Part shown: one piece after another, positions 48,611-62,633 of the stretch
How positions within the stretch are numbered: position 1 is the first letter of the stretch
Layout of the letters: each line of letters starts with the position of its first letter
Assembly (NCBI RefSeq): GCF_963853765.1
Contig: NC_088853.1
Span: forward strand, 16,306,001-16,370,000
Source: Magallana gigas
Lineage: Eukaryota
Reading direction: 5' to 3'
DNA length: 64,000 nt
The notes under the pieces: model-generated
The model's input: only the letters and a program-made list of their open reading frames with translations
What the model was told of the DNA's origin: nothing
The model's database searches: none
Made by a program: the position numbers and the translations under genes

Positions 48611-50039
48611 CCTGAGCAGTATAATGGTGAGATAATGGCATGCATAAAACAAAATAAACCATACAATCACGTATTCATAGGATTTATATTTTCCCTGCAA
48701 TAACTACAAATACTCCATGCCTGCGGTTGAGAGAAACCCCAGAAAGGAAAGAAACCAGAAAAAATCGTATCATCTATGATTTTCAGCGTGCACGATTTAT
48801 ATAGAAACATTAATTTCAAATACTTTTTTAAGATGGTTTAATTTAATTTAAGTAAAATTATTTGACAGCTTATGACAAATAACAATTTATAAAATTAATT
48901 GTCAAGAGCCTTGCGTTTGTTTCATTGTTAATCACAGACCCCTCAGTGAATCTGGCGTAGAAAATTGTGATCCTCTTTGTAGGATGTGTAAGGGAAAGTG
49001 AAGATGAAACAATTCCTTTTTTTCGTTTTCATCTTAATAATTATATCTTTTATAAAATACAATAGATGGTTTTTCATTATCATCAGTGGAATCTTTTTTT
49101 ATTTTGAGTAAACGTCATCCTTATTGTATTTCATACAATACTATGGCAGGGTTCAATGTTCATAGAAATCATTTTTGATATATTTAATACCTGTGTATGA
49201 ATGCTTATTTACTATTTTGATTATCTTTTGTTGTGTTTTTATTGGTAAATACACCGAACACACCGGCTTCATCTCACATTAAAGACCACCTCGCGCTGAC
49301 ACCCGTGCTTAAAAAATCGTATAATTTGCATTTCGATTGTTGTAAAATAATACATGAATAAAAGATATTTGCTTCAAAACTGAAATTAAATTTGACATGA
49401 ATTTATAAAAGCATTTGGTCGCCATATAATTTTTGATCGCTCTTCAATTACACCTGTCTCGAACGTTACGGTCGGTCGCTTTTATTTTGATCGCTGCATT
49501 CAGGCTGCAAGGACTTTTAAAAGCATTTAAAACACACCGTATGGTTTATAACTTATGGGTAGGCGAATTTTCTGTTGAAATAATTATGTTGCAGAGGACA
49601 AAAAAGGGTATATCCTACATGATTACATAATTTTTATATACATGGGTAAATATTTCAATTAATACATAGAGAATAATGCATACGCTTTCCCATATCACAG
49701 GCAGTATCCGCCTGAGAATCCAATATCAGCCCAAGGGCGAAAGACCGGAGAGATGATATTGGTCTCAGAATGTTTGTTTTGTTGTTTTTTTTTCTTCATA
49801 AAAATGTCATTTATCTTTAAAACTTTATAAATGATACAAAAAAAATTGATGGTATCCATGCACTTACAAAGTTATTGCAATTTTTGCAACGGTATATAAT
49901 GGAATAAATGCCGTATACATGAGATCAAATAAGAAAAAAAAGTCCGTAATAATGCATCGGTGACTTCAACCCCTTTAGTTCTAGGTTGTGGGCAGTAGAT
50001 CTCCGTGGAGCCACTCAGCCAATTAAGCAGATTTTTTCC

Positions 50040-50215
50040 CCGATTACGACAAAGAGCACACGGCGGATGTGACCGGTCAGCAGAGGATGTTTACTCCTCC
50101 TAGGCACCTGATCCTACCTCTATCTTTTTGAAGGTCCGTGTTGCTTTGCTTTGAATTTGTGTTTCGTATTATGGATTTTTGAGGTGGTTCACGGTTTGTT
50201 ATTGTCATTTTATCT
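50040..50215 (+). mobile_element. Retroelement-tail-like interspersed repeat
   Basis: gtgaccggtcagcagaggatgtttactcctcctaggcacctgatcc. Short related copy at ~27893-27930. Family not determined. Confidence 0.5.
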
Positions 50216-52117
50216 TTGTTGTAACGTTCTGCGTTATGTAAATACTTCAAGAATAATTAAGTATCTATATAAAAGGTGGATGTGTGTAACACATACAAAA
50301 ACGTCCTGATAGTTTAGAGTTATCGAACACTGCTGAGGATAAGAGATCGCTAATGTTAAGCCATGGACCTGAGCAGTATAATGCTGAGATAATGGCATGT
50401 ATAAAACAAAATAAACCACGCAGCACAGTTAAGGCCGTCAATAAATTCCGTTCAGACAAAAAGTACGAGAAATGTGCATAATGACAGCACAGTGTAGGCC
50501 ATTACAAACCTAGATAGTACTTATTAATTTATTACCGCAACGTTTTTCAAGATCTACGATATAACATTAAGTTATTTATAATTGACAGTTGTAAATTTTG
50601 ACATGGTATTGCCCTTGCAATATTAAATTCTTTAAATGACCTTATTGGTTTTAAAAAGAACATGCCAGTTGAATTAAAGTATATGTGTTTTCATCACAAA
50701 AAATGCCGATATTTTTATATGCCTCCTTAACTGTACTGTGCATGCAATCACGTATTCATAGGATTTATAGTTTCCCTGCGATAACTACAAAACCCCATGC
50801 CTGCGGTTGAGAGAAACCCCACAACGAAAAAAAAGGAAGAAATTGTTTCAGTCCAATGAAAAGATTTTCAACGTGCAGGATTTATTCAGAACTATCAATG
50901 TCAGATTCGTTTTTATGTATGGTTTAATTAATTTAAGTAAAATCATTTGACAGTTTATGACAAATAATCATTTATTAAAGTGATTGCCATAAGTCGTACG
51001 ATTGTTTCATTGGTAATCACAGACCCCTCAGTGAAACTGTATTTGAAAATTGTGATCCTCTTTGTAGGATGTGTAAGACCGGCTTGTTGGAGTTCAGAAG
51101 TCAGTGATATACAGAGGGTCAAGGTCTTACTTCTTGCAAAGTGAAAATGAAATATTTAAGTTCTCTCATTTTTTTCATTTTTTACATAATTTCTTTAAGT
51201 CGTTAACTATTGGGAAAAGATCCATCAAATCAATTAAATGAATTTTTTGAGTAATTGTAAGTATTCTGCTTCATTCTCATATACTTTGTTTCATCAAATA
51301 AAAAAATTACAACACGACTAGATATGCTTTACATTTTTCATGTAAAAGTAAAGTTTGCTACGAAGTTCAGGAGTCAAGATTTTAAAATACTCGCAAAATG
51401 ATTGAGTTTTTAATAGGTGGGCTGTTTGTTTATATAGTTTGTTTATTTTCTACCCGGTATTACTGATAAGAGCTACTGGCATTTAATGACCCCGTTATAT
51501 ACATAACATCTTAATATCATGAATAACCAAAAAAAATGTGCAAAACATGTTTATTTCAGCGAGACAAAATGAATATGAAAAGTTAAAAGATAAGTATATC
51601 AACTAAACTTAACATTAAATATATGAAACTGTGCATCTGAATATGTATAATACATATCTCCTGCATGTATCCTGTTGTATTAAAATGACGAATGCGGGAT
51701 TTTTATTTATCAAAGTAATGTTAAAATAAAAACCTAATAAACCACATTAGTTATGTAATATATTGGTAAAATTCTGCATAACATGATCATTTTAGACCAC
51801 GAACGATGAATTTAGGCAATTAACCGACTAATCACAAAATTTAATCAGACGATTTTGAAAGTTTATTTCATGTGTACATGAGATGAAGTTTAGAAAAAAT
51901 GTGTGCCTACCTTTTAATCGAAATATCAAGATGTTTACAAAACCTGATAGCGATACCCGTTTCGTTGTTTTAATACCCCATAAATTCATGACTACTCAGT
52001 AACTCAATTAGGCATCTGGTACATGCAGAACATAGTCACGTAGGAATTTGAGGCTTCCATTATATAACTATCAAATCTTCCATTTAGAGCCATTTTTAAC
52101 TCCGACGCCGTACCGAA

Positions 52118-55100
52118 ATGACGGGTTTCAGATGCACAGTAATATTTTGCGTAACAATTATTGCGCATGCTCAGGAAGTTCCGGTCCCACCTCGTCCCCA
52201 AGGGTACGTTTATGCTTACAGTCAATCCAACAATCTGACCGACCTGCAGCTTGACGCGTTTTTTGATCCGCTGTGTCCGGACAGCAAACAAGCCTTTCCT
52301 ACGCTGCTTCAAGTGGCAAATCACTATGGACCGGATGTGCTGACGCTTCGTCTTCATATGTTTCCGCTTCCGTACCATAGGAATTCTTTCCTTGCATCTA
52401 TGGTAAATATTAAATTATCTGTCATTTTTATTTATTAATGGACATATTTAGTTTGGTTTTACATTCGTCTTGTTGCTTTAAAAATTTTCATTATTGTTTT
52501 ATTGTATTTTTAAGTTTCGACAATACATTCGTCTTTTTTTGCAATACATAACATATAAAACTGTTTAATAGCCCCTTATAGTATTTATTCATACCCCGAT
52601 TTCTGATCACTTTTTTTTATTAAATCGATGATAAAATACTTATTCATCAAATGAATACTAGTATTTATACATCTTATTATTTATTTATTTATTTATTTAT
52701 TAACTTATGCTCTTTTTTATTTATTTATTTATTTATTCATTTATTTATTTACTCAATTATCTATTGATCGGTTAATCAATTTAACCATTTGTTCATTTAA
52801 TCATCCATTAATCTGTTTATTCAATTCTTCATTTGTTTGTTTAATTATTGTTATTTTGACAGGGAACCGAGGCGGTCTACCAGTTAGCATCGTCTCCAAG
52901 TGCTGTGTTTGACTGGGTTGCCAAAATCTATGACAACATCTACCCACTGTCCAATGCACCCACCAAACACATGTCTGAAACAGATGTCACTAAGTATATA
53001 TGTTCATTCTTCTCTTAATTCCACCATTAAGTCAATTATGTCGTCAAAATGCACCTAATTTTAAAACAAAAATTTGAGCCTTTTTATATTAATATATTTT
53101 AACGATAAATTCTAGTTTTGTTCATAATGTATGACTTGTACAAAAGTTGTTAGAAAAGTTCGCGGACAAAGTGATTTACGGCAAAATTATAGTGTACTTT
53201 GTAGGATGACGTATGTTTTGTTAGATGACTACCAGATGAAAAAAAGTATGCAAAAAATCATATCATTTTGAAGTTGTCTTCAAAAGATACAGCGATATTT
53301 ATTTTGCATGAATTGGATTAACGGAGCATCATTTCATATTCAACGACGTCAAGTGACGTCATGCTACCGAAAGGCAATTTAAACCTGTCACTCTTTTTCA
53401 AAGTAAACACCTTTAAGTTCACACACTCTTCAGGCCATTTAACCCATTTATAAAACGCATGTTCACATCATTATTTGTGAAATTTTTCGTATAATGTCTT
53501 TGTGTCATATTGTATATCAATTAGGTCCGAAAATCTCTGTCCACACAGTTTGGACTTCAGATAAGAAAATAAAGCGAAAGCCATTGTTGCAAAATCCGGG
53601 CTGTATGGGGGGGGGGTCGGGGTGCTGCAAGAGCTAAATATATCAGTATTTTCATTTTCAAACCTTCAATACCAAGTGTGTTTCCAATTGTAAACCTTTG
53701 TCCTCAAAAAATAGCAGCATCTAAGAACCTATTGGTATCCATCGGAGATTATTCTGCGTGCACACAAAATTTCATGACGACCAGGTGCTCCAAGGTATCG
53801 ATTTACGTTAACGTTTTTGACACATTTTTCTACCGTTGGTCGACCATATTTGGCGATAAAATGGTCAGAAATTCTTCAATTTAATTGAAACTTTCACCAA
53901 ATGACCTTCATAACTTTTGTGATATCATATGAAATATCGTTTATTTTTATGCGCTCAAACTGTACATTTTCTTAATTAGGAAATATGCGTACAAAATATA
54001 ACACAATTAAAAACTGACATGCTCCGTGAAGCACATCTTCTCAAAATAATTAATCTGTATATTTTTTAAGGTGCATTTATAATAAACAAATCTTTACATA
54101 TTTCTTAGAAAATACGTCAAGATTAAAGTTTCGCTGGTATCATGCGAATAGTCCGCTCACAATCGAACTTGTCCGCCAACTTTTTTAACAACCCTCGTAT
54201 GTCTGGTTTCCAAACAAAACATGTTTGTCATTATGAACGCATTTCAGTGAATTTATCTTTTGAAGCATGCTTGGAGACATCGCTGCGCAGTTGGGCATAC
54301 AAAAATCACAATTCTTACACAAGATGGCGGATGCATGGGTGGACATGAATATTCGAATGGATTGGAAGTACGGATGCACTCGTGAGTATTGAAAACTACC
54401 GAAAAAGGCATTGTGCATTAAGTGAAAATAAAAGTTGTACGAATAGATTAATCCGTAGGCGATGATTTTATCAATGCAATGAAATTTAATAGTTTGCACT
54501 CAAGTCGCCATCTTATTTTGTTATCAACTTAAAGTGCAATTACACACATGCAAAACATAACTCAAAATAACAGTAATTTTTTTTATTATGAAAGATACGA
54601 TGATAAATAAACTTTACATATGTCAAATAAGTGATAATATTTTAGTTTGGGGACAAAAAATAAATAACTAAAATTTAAATTACATTGATAAAACAAGCTT
54701 CCATACAGGATAATATTTAAAAAGGTTATATTACATCTTGTCAGACTTTTAATGGTTTTTGCGTTGTTGAAAACAAGACAATTCTTGTAATCGTGTTATC
54801 AAAATACTATTAGAGTCAGACCGTTACATGCACAGAATAAACGTGTGTCATTCAGTCAAATGAATGTTAACTAAAAGATCTAAAAAAAAGGAACCGAATG
54901 GCACTGTTCTGCAATCTTGTCAAATTTTAAATCTTCTTTTATGTACTTTTCATTCTTACATGTATTTGAGTAACTTTTTAATCTTCTTTCAGTAATTTTT
55001 TTTTCATTTACCTTACCTTTTTTTTGTCAGTCACCTTTCAGTTTTCTTTCAAACCTCTTTTTGCATTTTCCTTTTAGTCTACTTTTGATCCTTTTTTAGT

Positions 55101-57062
55101 CTTCTTACAGTCACTCTACAGTGTTCTTTAAGTCATTTTTCAGTCTGCCTCTTTCAGTAAACTTTACAGCTCCTATCAAGCACTTTTCAGTCTACTTTCA
55201 GTCAATTTTTAGTCCTCTTTCATTTACCTTTTAGTTATTTTAGTCACGTTTTAGTCTTTTTTCACTCACACTTCAGTTTTCTTTACACCACCTTTCAGTC
55301 CTTCCTTTTAAGTCAACCTTCTAGCTCCTTTGAAGCATTTTGCAGTCTACTTTCAATCACTTTCAGTTACCTTTCAGTCACCTTTTAGTCTCCTTTCAGT
55401 CTAATCTTAGTCACATTTCGGTCTTGTTACAGCTACCGTTTAGTCTTTTTCTTTTAGTATACTTTCCAGCCTCTCTCAGGCATCTTTCTTCTACAGTGCT
55501 GCTATCCTGAAAGTTGACAAGGATAGGATAGGATAGGATGCAGGATGCACGATACATGATAGAAATATAAAAGTTAAGTTCTATCCTATCCTATCCTATC
55601 CTGCATCCTGTAGCCAATCAGATTCGAGTATAAATTTCAGAGTTATTTTGCGAAACGAAAATTGGCTAAACAATGTATTTTCAATGTCAATTTAATACGT
55701 TATACAAGTTAAACCATTTAAGAATAAGTATTATATCAAGAACGCGGTGCATAACATTAATGCGCGCTAAAATGTCGGCGCTACATCTTTGTCAATTCGT
55801 ACGCAAGTACGGAGTTACTGCGAGAATTCGTTGCAACATTTGACAACGTCAGAAATAGATTTCTGTATTTACTTCATTTAAAGTCTGCAAATCAATAAAA
55901 GCTTGAATTTATAAACGACCAATTTGGCATTTTAAAAGATAAACATGTATACAAGAAACAGACATTGCTTCACGTTTCATATAATTTCTTCGATGCCCAA
56001 TAACAGGGACGCATATTTCTGTCCGATGTTAACCTGAACATATCGAATCAAAAAATATTAGCTAGCTATAAATGCTTAAGAATTTATACTTTAAAAATAA
56101 CTCCGAGTGGTTTAACTATAAACGATATAAACTTCCTAAAGGAATTATTTATTTTCAGATCGTGTTTACATTTATCGCCGAACGAATCGCTCGAATAATG
56201 AGAATTACGCTCAGTTATATGTGATAGGAAAATAATTTGATAAAAATATGTGGCTAAACAGTTCCTCAATAAGTGCATCGAAGTTATTTATCTGTTTTTT
56301 ATGCATAAATATAATTAAATCAAAAATCTAATCGCTTACCTGTTTGTTTACGTTATTGTGTCCATCCCGCGTACGATTTAATTTTATCGTAGCACGGGTA
56401 AGTAAGTTATCCCGCTCGATGAATATTCGGTTTTAAGATTTAATTATTCATTTTGAGTACTACATTAATTGATAAAATAATTTTATTTTTAAATTTCGTT
56501 TCATTTAACTTTCATTCCTATATTTTGAAAGTATGGGATAGGATAGGATAGGATAGAGCTTATTTGCAGGATAGGATGCAGGATACAGGATATAGGATAG
56601 GATAGGATAGTTTTGTCAACTTTCACGATAGCAGCACTGTACCTTCAGTCACCTTACAGTTAACTGATTTGCATTGTTTCATTCTGAGATATTTTTGAAT
56701 ACGATACAAATTTTTGAAATCCAGAGCAGTCAGTGTTTAATTTTTGCACTTTTATTTGATGTGGACTGTATTTCAGAGAAGTAAAGGGTTGGACACTGAT
56801 GCAACTGGTTAAATGATGTTTTAAACAGAGTCTGATTAATTAACTTCGTTTGGTAGTAACTTATGAAATTTAGTTTTGAATTTTGAATATTTTTTCTTAA
56901 TAATTAAATTATAACTTTTTTAAACGATTTTTTTTTTTTGCATATCCAGGTGGAGTGTCGGGCACACCGCTGTACGCCATTAATGGCGTTGTCAAGGTTA
57001 TTGACAAGGCGTGGTCTCTGACTGACTGGATTGGTGTCCTGGATCCGCTCGTTCATAAATCG
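52118..57062 (+). CDS. Secreted DsbA/thioredoxin-fold protein (Thioredoxin_4-like) with CxxS (CPDS) motif; 3' end uncertain
   Basis: Exons 52118-52402, 52863-52993, 54266-54381, 56950-57062, phases 0,2,1, one frame: signal-like N-terminus, DAFFDPLCPDS, FPLPYH, WKYGCTRGVSGTP..ING. A GTAAGT donor at 57063 implies a further exon that was not found. Confidence 0.85.
54960..55490. repeat. Degenerate pyrimidine-rich minisatellite (~cttttcagtca)
   Basis: Recurrent ttcagtc/tttagtc; resumes at 56640-56660 after the inserted MITE. Confidence 0.75.
55494..56639 (+). mobile_element. Tc1/mariner-like non-autonomous element (TA TSD)
   Basis: 26-bp TIR cagtgctgctatcctgaaagttgaca / tgtcaactttcacgatagcagcactg (1 mismatch), TA on both sides, subterminal (GGATA)n/(TATCC)n arrays. 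Confidence 0.85.
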
Positions 57063-57450
57063 GTAAGTCACGTTATTTTCAATGGAAATTACTTACCTAT
57101 CTGTCTTTAACAGATTTTGCCAAATGATATTTAGTATATATTCAAAATCATTAATTACATTTAGTTTTATCAGCAAACTCATCAAATGTACTTATTATCA
57201 ACATTTTGCAAATATATTGTATTCGTTCATTTTCACATTAAAAAAAATGATTATACACGGTTCTAAAAAGTACAAAGCTATTTCTTTTCAAAATTCGCTT
57301 TTATAAACATATGTTTTGATAAATATTCGGATTGAATCATCTATATATTGTTATTTTTTACATGATATTGAACTTTTATATTGACATCAATATTATCTGA
57401 ATAAGTTTTGTTGAATTTCTTGATTTGGAATGAATTTTGATTTAATTTAA

Positions 57451-58212
57451 GGTCAAAGTCTCGTAAATGAAAGGTGACCACAGGTTCATACAATTTAAGA
57501 TATAAATTCTTTCAGTGATGCTTCATAACAATAGCTTTGTGTGATACGGTATACCGGGGCTAAATGTTTGGTAAACACAATGAAAAATCCTGTTTCAAAC
57601 TGTCATTTTCAATGAAATATGAAGGAATTGAGGAAGAAATTTCGGAGTTTTGTCCATTTTTGACTAATAAGATATATCTAGAGTGCCTACAGTCTCTCCC
57701 AAAACGGAATTAAACACATCTTGACCTCCTCTTTAAAATGATGTCAAATCAAATATAGATATCGGGATTACTTTTCCCATGATTTAACATAGAAATTATT
57801 GTTTAATTTTCAACATACAGTTAAACTTCAGTATCTCGAACACCGAGATCTCCATTACCAAAGATATATCGAGGTATACCTGTGGTCCCGGCCATTTTTA
57901 CTATATAAATGATTTGAAAAAAACCCAGTATGTCGAACACGAAATTCCCGAATACCCCGCTTATCTCGAAGTAAATTTATGGCCCAAATCACTAAAAGAC
58001 ATGCGCTATCTCGAAGTCAAGTCAATTAAGCAACTCAAGAATTACACATTTCACATTTCTGTTACGCCGATTTTCCGGTCTATTGAACAGTATAGCACGT
58101 GCTATTCCTTTAAAGCCGTAAAGCACGGTAAAAAGATTTTTCAAATCAATTATGACGTCATATGGTTCTAGAACCAAAAAGAAACTCTGGAATTATTTAC
58201 TAGATCTTGACC
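57451..58212 (-). mobile_element. Kolobok-like TTAA MITE, same family as 15005-15488, with a nested MITE fragment (~57817-58020)
   Basis: ttaa|ggtcaaagtctcgtaaatga ... tttactagatcttgacc|ttaa. Interior is the reverse complement of the 15005 element. Nested ta|cagttaaacttcagtatctcgaa. Confidence 0.75.
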
Positions 58213-60138
58213 TTAACTGATTTTCAATTTTCCTATATTTTACTTTCCTTTTAATATGTCTTCCATGTTCCAAACTGACGTCATGTGCACAAAACCATTG
58301 ACAGATATGCCTGTAAATGTACATTTAAAGTAAGATAGAGATAAACAGCAATACATCATCTCTGAGTTTGTTTTATTTTTGTTTTTTGTTGATGTCCATT
58401 AAACGTTAAGGTTGTCAGTTTATTCGATAATGAATATACATGATTCACCAAGTACGGTAAATGATTTGAGAATGTTCAAAACAATTGTACCCACAGTACG
58501 ATTTTTTTTAAGTATTCGTAGACTTTCGCACGACACTCGCTCTGCACTCGTGCATATAGTCGCAATAAATCTTCGACATTCTTAGAAAAATCGCGAAACT
58601 TCGTAGAACTTACGTTGCTACGAATATTCTAAGATCTACCCCGAGTATTTTTCGAGTTTATGCGATTGTTTCTCAAGTCCTCCCCAAATGTTCTCCAAAT
58701 AAATGGGAATGTAGTTCGAATTACTGCGAATACTATACGAAAACAGGCGATCGGGGGCGATTGCAATACGAGAGTTCTGCGAGTGAACTACGAGTAAGTA
58801 CGAAAATACGAGCCAAGTCAGTGTTTCGTAATAGTACTCTTTTTTTGATCACTAAGTACATCGTCCAGTGACTATGCAAGTTACTTGCAGAACATTGTCT
58901 TTCAAAATTTTATATATAATTGTAATGTTTCATCTAACATTTTTTTTTCTTCATTAATAATTTTCATGGTATAAATCAAAAATTACTGCTGCCGCTTTCA
59001 TGATTATTAAATCATTTATGAACTATAACACACCAACGAACGATCTTCTTGTTCGTTTATAAATACAACAATTAATAAACGTCTGTCAGCAAACTATTAA
59101 AACATTTTTAGTCACAGTTGCAAACATTGTCTCAATATGGCATTCGTTGGTAATCTTAACCCACACTACGTGTACTTGTTTTCAATTTTTTTTATAATTC
59201 ATAGGAATATTACTCTGTATAATCTTCTGTTGTCAAATTAAAAAAAAAATAAATCCAGGTAAGTATTTTTCGCAAAAATGCAATTATTAATTTGTATAAT
59301 GATCACTTTATAAATTAACACACCACGCAGTTACATGTACATATTCGTATAAACTCTTTTCGTGGGAATATCGTGTATCAATCGTACAGTTTCGTACTCA
59401 TTCGTAAGAGTATCGTTTAAAAATCGTCTCCCATCTTTTCTGCTTGTACGAAGATCTCAAAGTGTGCGTTACTTAATCGTATATGCATCACCACAATTCG
59501 TCCTGTTATCGCACAAACATGGTACATAGTCGAGCAGACATCGTAGTCGAGTCGTACTAGATTCGAAAAAGCGCCGTCTGTAGAGTTATCGCAAGTCTTA
59601 CATGGCAAATAATGGTGTTTTTTAAACTTTTAGCAATTCGTGGGCAATTGTTGCATTAATCGTGACAGTACATGGGATTTAAAGTCCAACAAAAACGAAA
59701 TATGCAACACTTTGGGCTTTGTTGGATTTGATCACGCAAATGTACCCCATAATAATGCAAAGAATGTTAGATTCCTCAGATACATTGTAATTCATAAATA
59801 TCTGAAGCTGAGCCATCTAAATAATTTCATATAAATATTATTAATATAAACTATAAACCCGACAGTATATTTCGTGGACAGACAAAAACAAACAAAACAA
59901 GCTGCATACAATTGTTGTTTCAAAGGGACTCGTTTTCTCCAAACCTCTTTTTTAAATGTTAATTTGCATACTTTAAAAATCATTCATATATACAGGTCAC
60001 GACTGAGACACATATAGTATTGGTTGGATTTGACGATTAAATATTGAGGAATCTAGAAATCCATCTCGTTTTTTAAGTTAAAAATTAACGCAACGACTTG
60101 TTCAAAAACAGACGGTAAAGGGACACGCAGAAGAAAAC

Positions 60139-61922
60139 ATGTTCCAAACATCGCATTATGTTTTCGTCACTCTATTTCTTGAAGTTTTCTGTAAGCAGAG
60201 AAGTGTTTCTTACTCGGTACTGGACATCGAGGCGACTAACTACCCTTTAACGGTGTCTTATCCAAATTTTAGTATTTTGCAATGTGGAACGGTGTGCACA
60301 GAAGATAGCTTTTGCACAGAGTTTCTTTTCAACAAAACAAACAAACAGTGCAACGCAGTCCATTGCGTAAACAAGCCAGGCTACTCGTATCAGTTTTTGA
60401 GTTCGAAAAATGACCAAGTACTTCGTTTCCGAAAAGGTAAGAAATGAATTTACATCGAAACTCGTTCTGTTATATGGCCGGCGGTTATATTCAACTAAAC
60501 TTAATAAGAACCATTTCAACAAGACCTTGGACTTTCAGTATCTATACCTTGCGCCAGAACAAGTTAAAATGACGCGATTTCAAGTGAAATATGCACTGAT
60601 TACGTAGTCTTAGCCCAAAAGCCAGACAAATCTTGCTGATTTCAAAGAGCCATGGCTGAGTGGCTAGTAATGAAATAAACAGGCTTACGTCACATTGCTG
60701 TTTTGCATAACTACCCAAAGTCCAAGCTCTTGTTAAAATGGTTCTACCTTTTGACCCAGATTAAAGGAGCGTCTTTTTTATAAAAATTGTTTTTGTATTA
60801 ATGTTACCGGTAAGGTTAAAAAAAGTCGATTCACTACGCACATTCAATTTAGCTCAAAACGAGAGCAATTTGATTTTTAAAAAAAATTCAATGTACAGTA
60901 AAAATTATGTTATTATGAAAAATTGTTCTGCCATGTGACAATTTTTCCCTCTAGATTAAAATTTAGTAAAAGACAAACTGATTTAAGTAATCCTTTGATT
61001 AAGATTAAGCAAGATCATATTTGGTTTGATTTTTTTACCATGATCATATGCATAAAGTTTTTAATTTTTGATTTTCAAAGAAAAAAAAAACTTAGAGAAA
61101 ATAATCTGAATTTTGTAGAAGACCGGTAAAAGCTTCATCAATTTTTGTTTAAGTATGATTTTGTTTTTACCAAATGAGAGTAATTGATTAGCGATTTATA
61201 ATTTTAAATTAGTGTCCATGGTAATTAATTTCCTATTTACAAGTTTAATACTTACCGTAATTGTTAAATATTTAAATTTTGATTTTCAGTCCAGTCCTTT
61301 ATTAACTTTAAGCTGTACAACTTATCAGTGCAGATTTAGATGCTAATGGATATTTTTACAGATTTAAACTGGACGTACATGGGACATTATTATTATCATG
61401 TAGAAAAAACTGCCACTTGGGAAGAAGCCAAGGTAATTTGTAAAGGAAGACTAAAAAATGTTTGATAAAAATAATGTTGTTTTTTTTTTTATTATTATTA
61501 TCTTTGGGGGAGGGGGTTGTTTTTTTGTTGTTGTTTTTTTGGTTTTGTTGTTGTTAAATATATCTTATTTAAAGCAAATCAGCCACCACATTAAAGTAAA
61601 TAATTGTGCATATCTAAACTTGCATGAACATAGAAAAAAATAAAAGCAGTATTGGTTGGATCTATGAGATTTTCTTAAAATTAACACTGTTTATAGTACA
61701 GACATAAATACGTTGTACACATTGGTTATAAGGTGGAAAACTAATCTTCAGGTTTAGTAATGTTCATTATTTGTCTTCTTTTTTTTACATTTATTTCTAA
61801 AATTATACTAGTACTTATGATTATATATTAACAGTTGGAGTGTCAGAAGCTGTGCTCTTACCTTGTGGAGATCAACAGTAAAGAGGAATCCGATTGGCTG
61901 TCTGCTTCATTTTTCATGAAAG
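60139..61922 (+). CDS. PAN/Apple-like + C-type lectin protein, copy 2 (exons 1-3; exon 4 expected beyond the window)
   Basis: Exons 60139-60436, 61362-61432, 61835-61922, splice sites intact. 6 nonsynonymous and 2 synonymous differences from copy 1. Confidence 0.85.
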
Positions 61923-62203
61923 GTAATTGTTATTTGTTTGTTATCTCGCAGATGGAGGGGGGGGGGGTAGATGGTTATTTGTATTCGGGGATTTTGGTTA
62001 TCACAGACGATTATATGTATTTTTAAATGAATGTATACATTTTGCGTGTTTGCGTCATTTTTGGGTTGGGTGGTTTGCCTCTAATATTGTTTTAAATTCA
62101 CGTTGCTCAACTCATTTTTATGAGTGACACTATTTGCGGGATCTGCTACCTTTCATTATATCATCAGTCCAGCACGGATTTATACAGGTGTATAAATTAT
62201 ATC

Positions 62204-62633
62204 ATTAAGAAACAATTCTTTGTGTATGATGAGGTGATCAAATACGGTCGGGCGTGGTTAAAGATTTGATCAAAGATTTGATTACGCCCGACCGTATATT
62301 AATCACCCTATCATATTCAAAGACTTCCGTATCAATATTTAAAATAATTTTCAGCAATAGTTCAATTGAATATTAAATTCTTGATATTTTTAAGTTTCAT
62401 TTCGTATGGTTATGCAAAAAGCCCGCTTGCGTCCCAGCATTGCGTCATCGCTAAAATGTTTTGAACTATACGTTCCTATAGCAACTTTTCGGACGTTTCC
62501 GGCAAAGCTCGGAAAAACACCTCAAGAGCCGATTTCAGCTGGAACTCAATTAAGAACTCAGTTAAAGTCTATCCCAAAATATTTTTGCCGAATATGTTCT
62601 TTAATTTTTCGATATCTATAAATGCTTCTTAAT
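62204..62633 (+). mobile_element. Crypton-like element, uninterrupted copy
   Basis: Matches 16692-17790 minus the TTAA insert. Confidence 0.55.

Larger units (their letters stand above)
47180..51080 (+). repeat. Older ~2-kb tandem duplication (47180-49000 versus 49140-51080)
   Basis: 47180-47660 matches 49140-49600, 48520-48660 matches 50240-50420, 48667-49000 matches 50746-51080. Different TE inserts sit between the shared segments. Confidence 0.8.

Noticed and set aside
52004-54499. ORFs 52004..52378, 52048..52254, 54142..54348 and 54185..54499
   Set aside because: Alternative frames or antisense over true thioredoxin-like exons 1 and 3.
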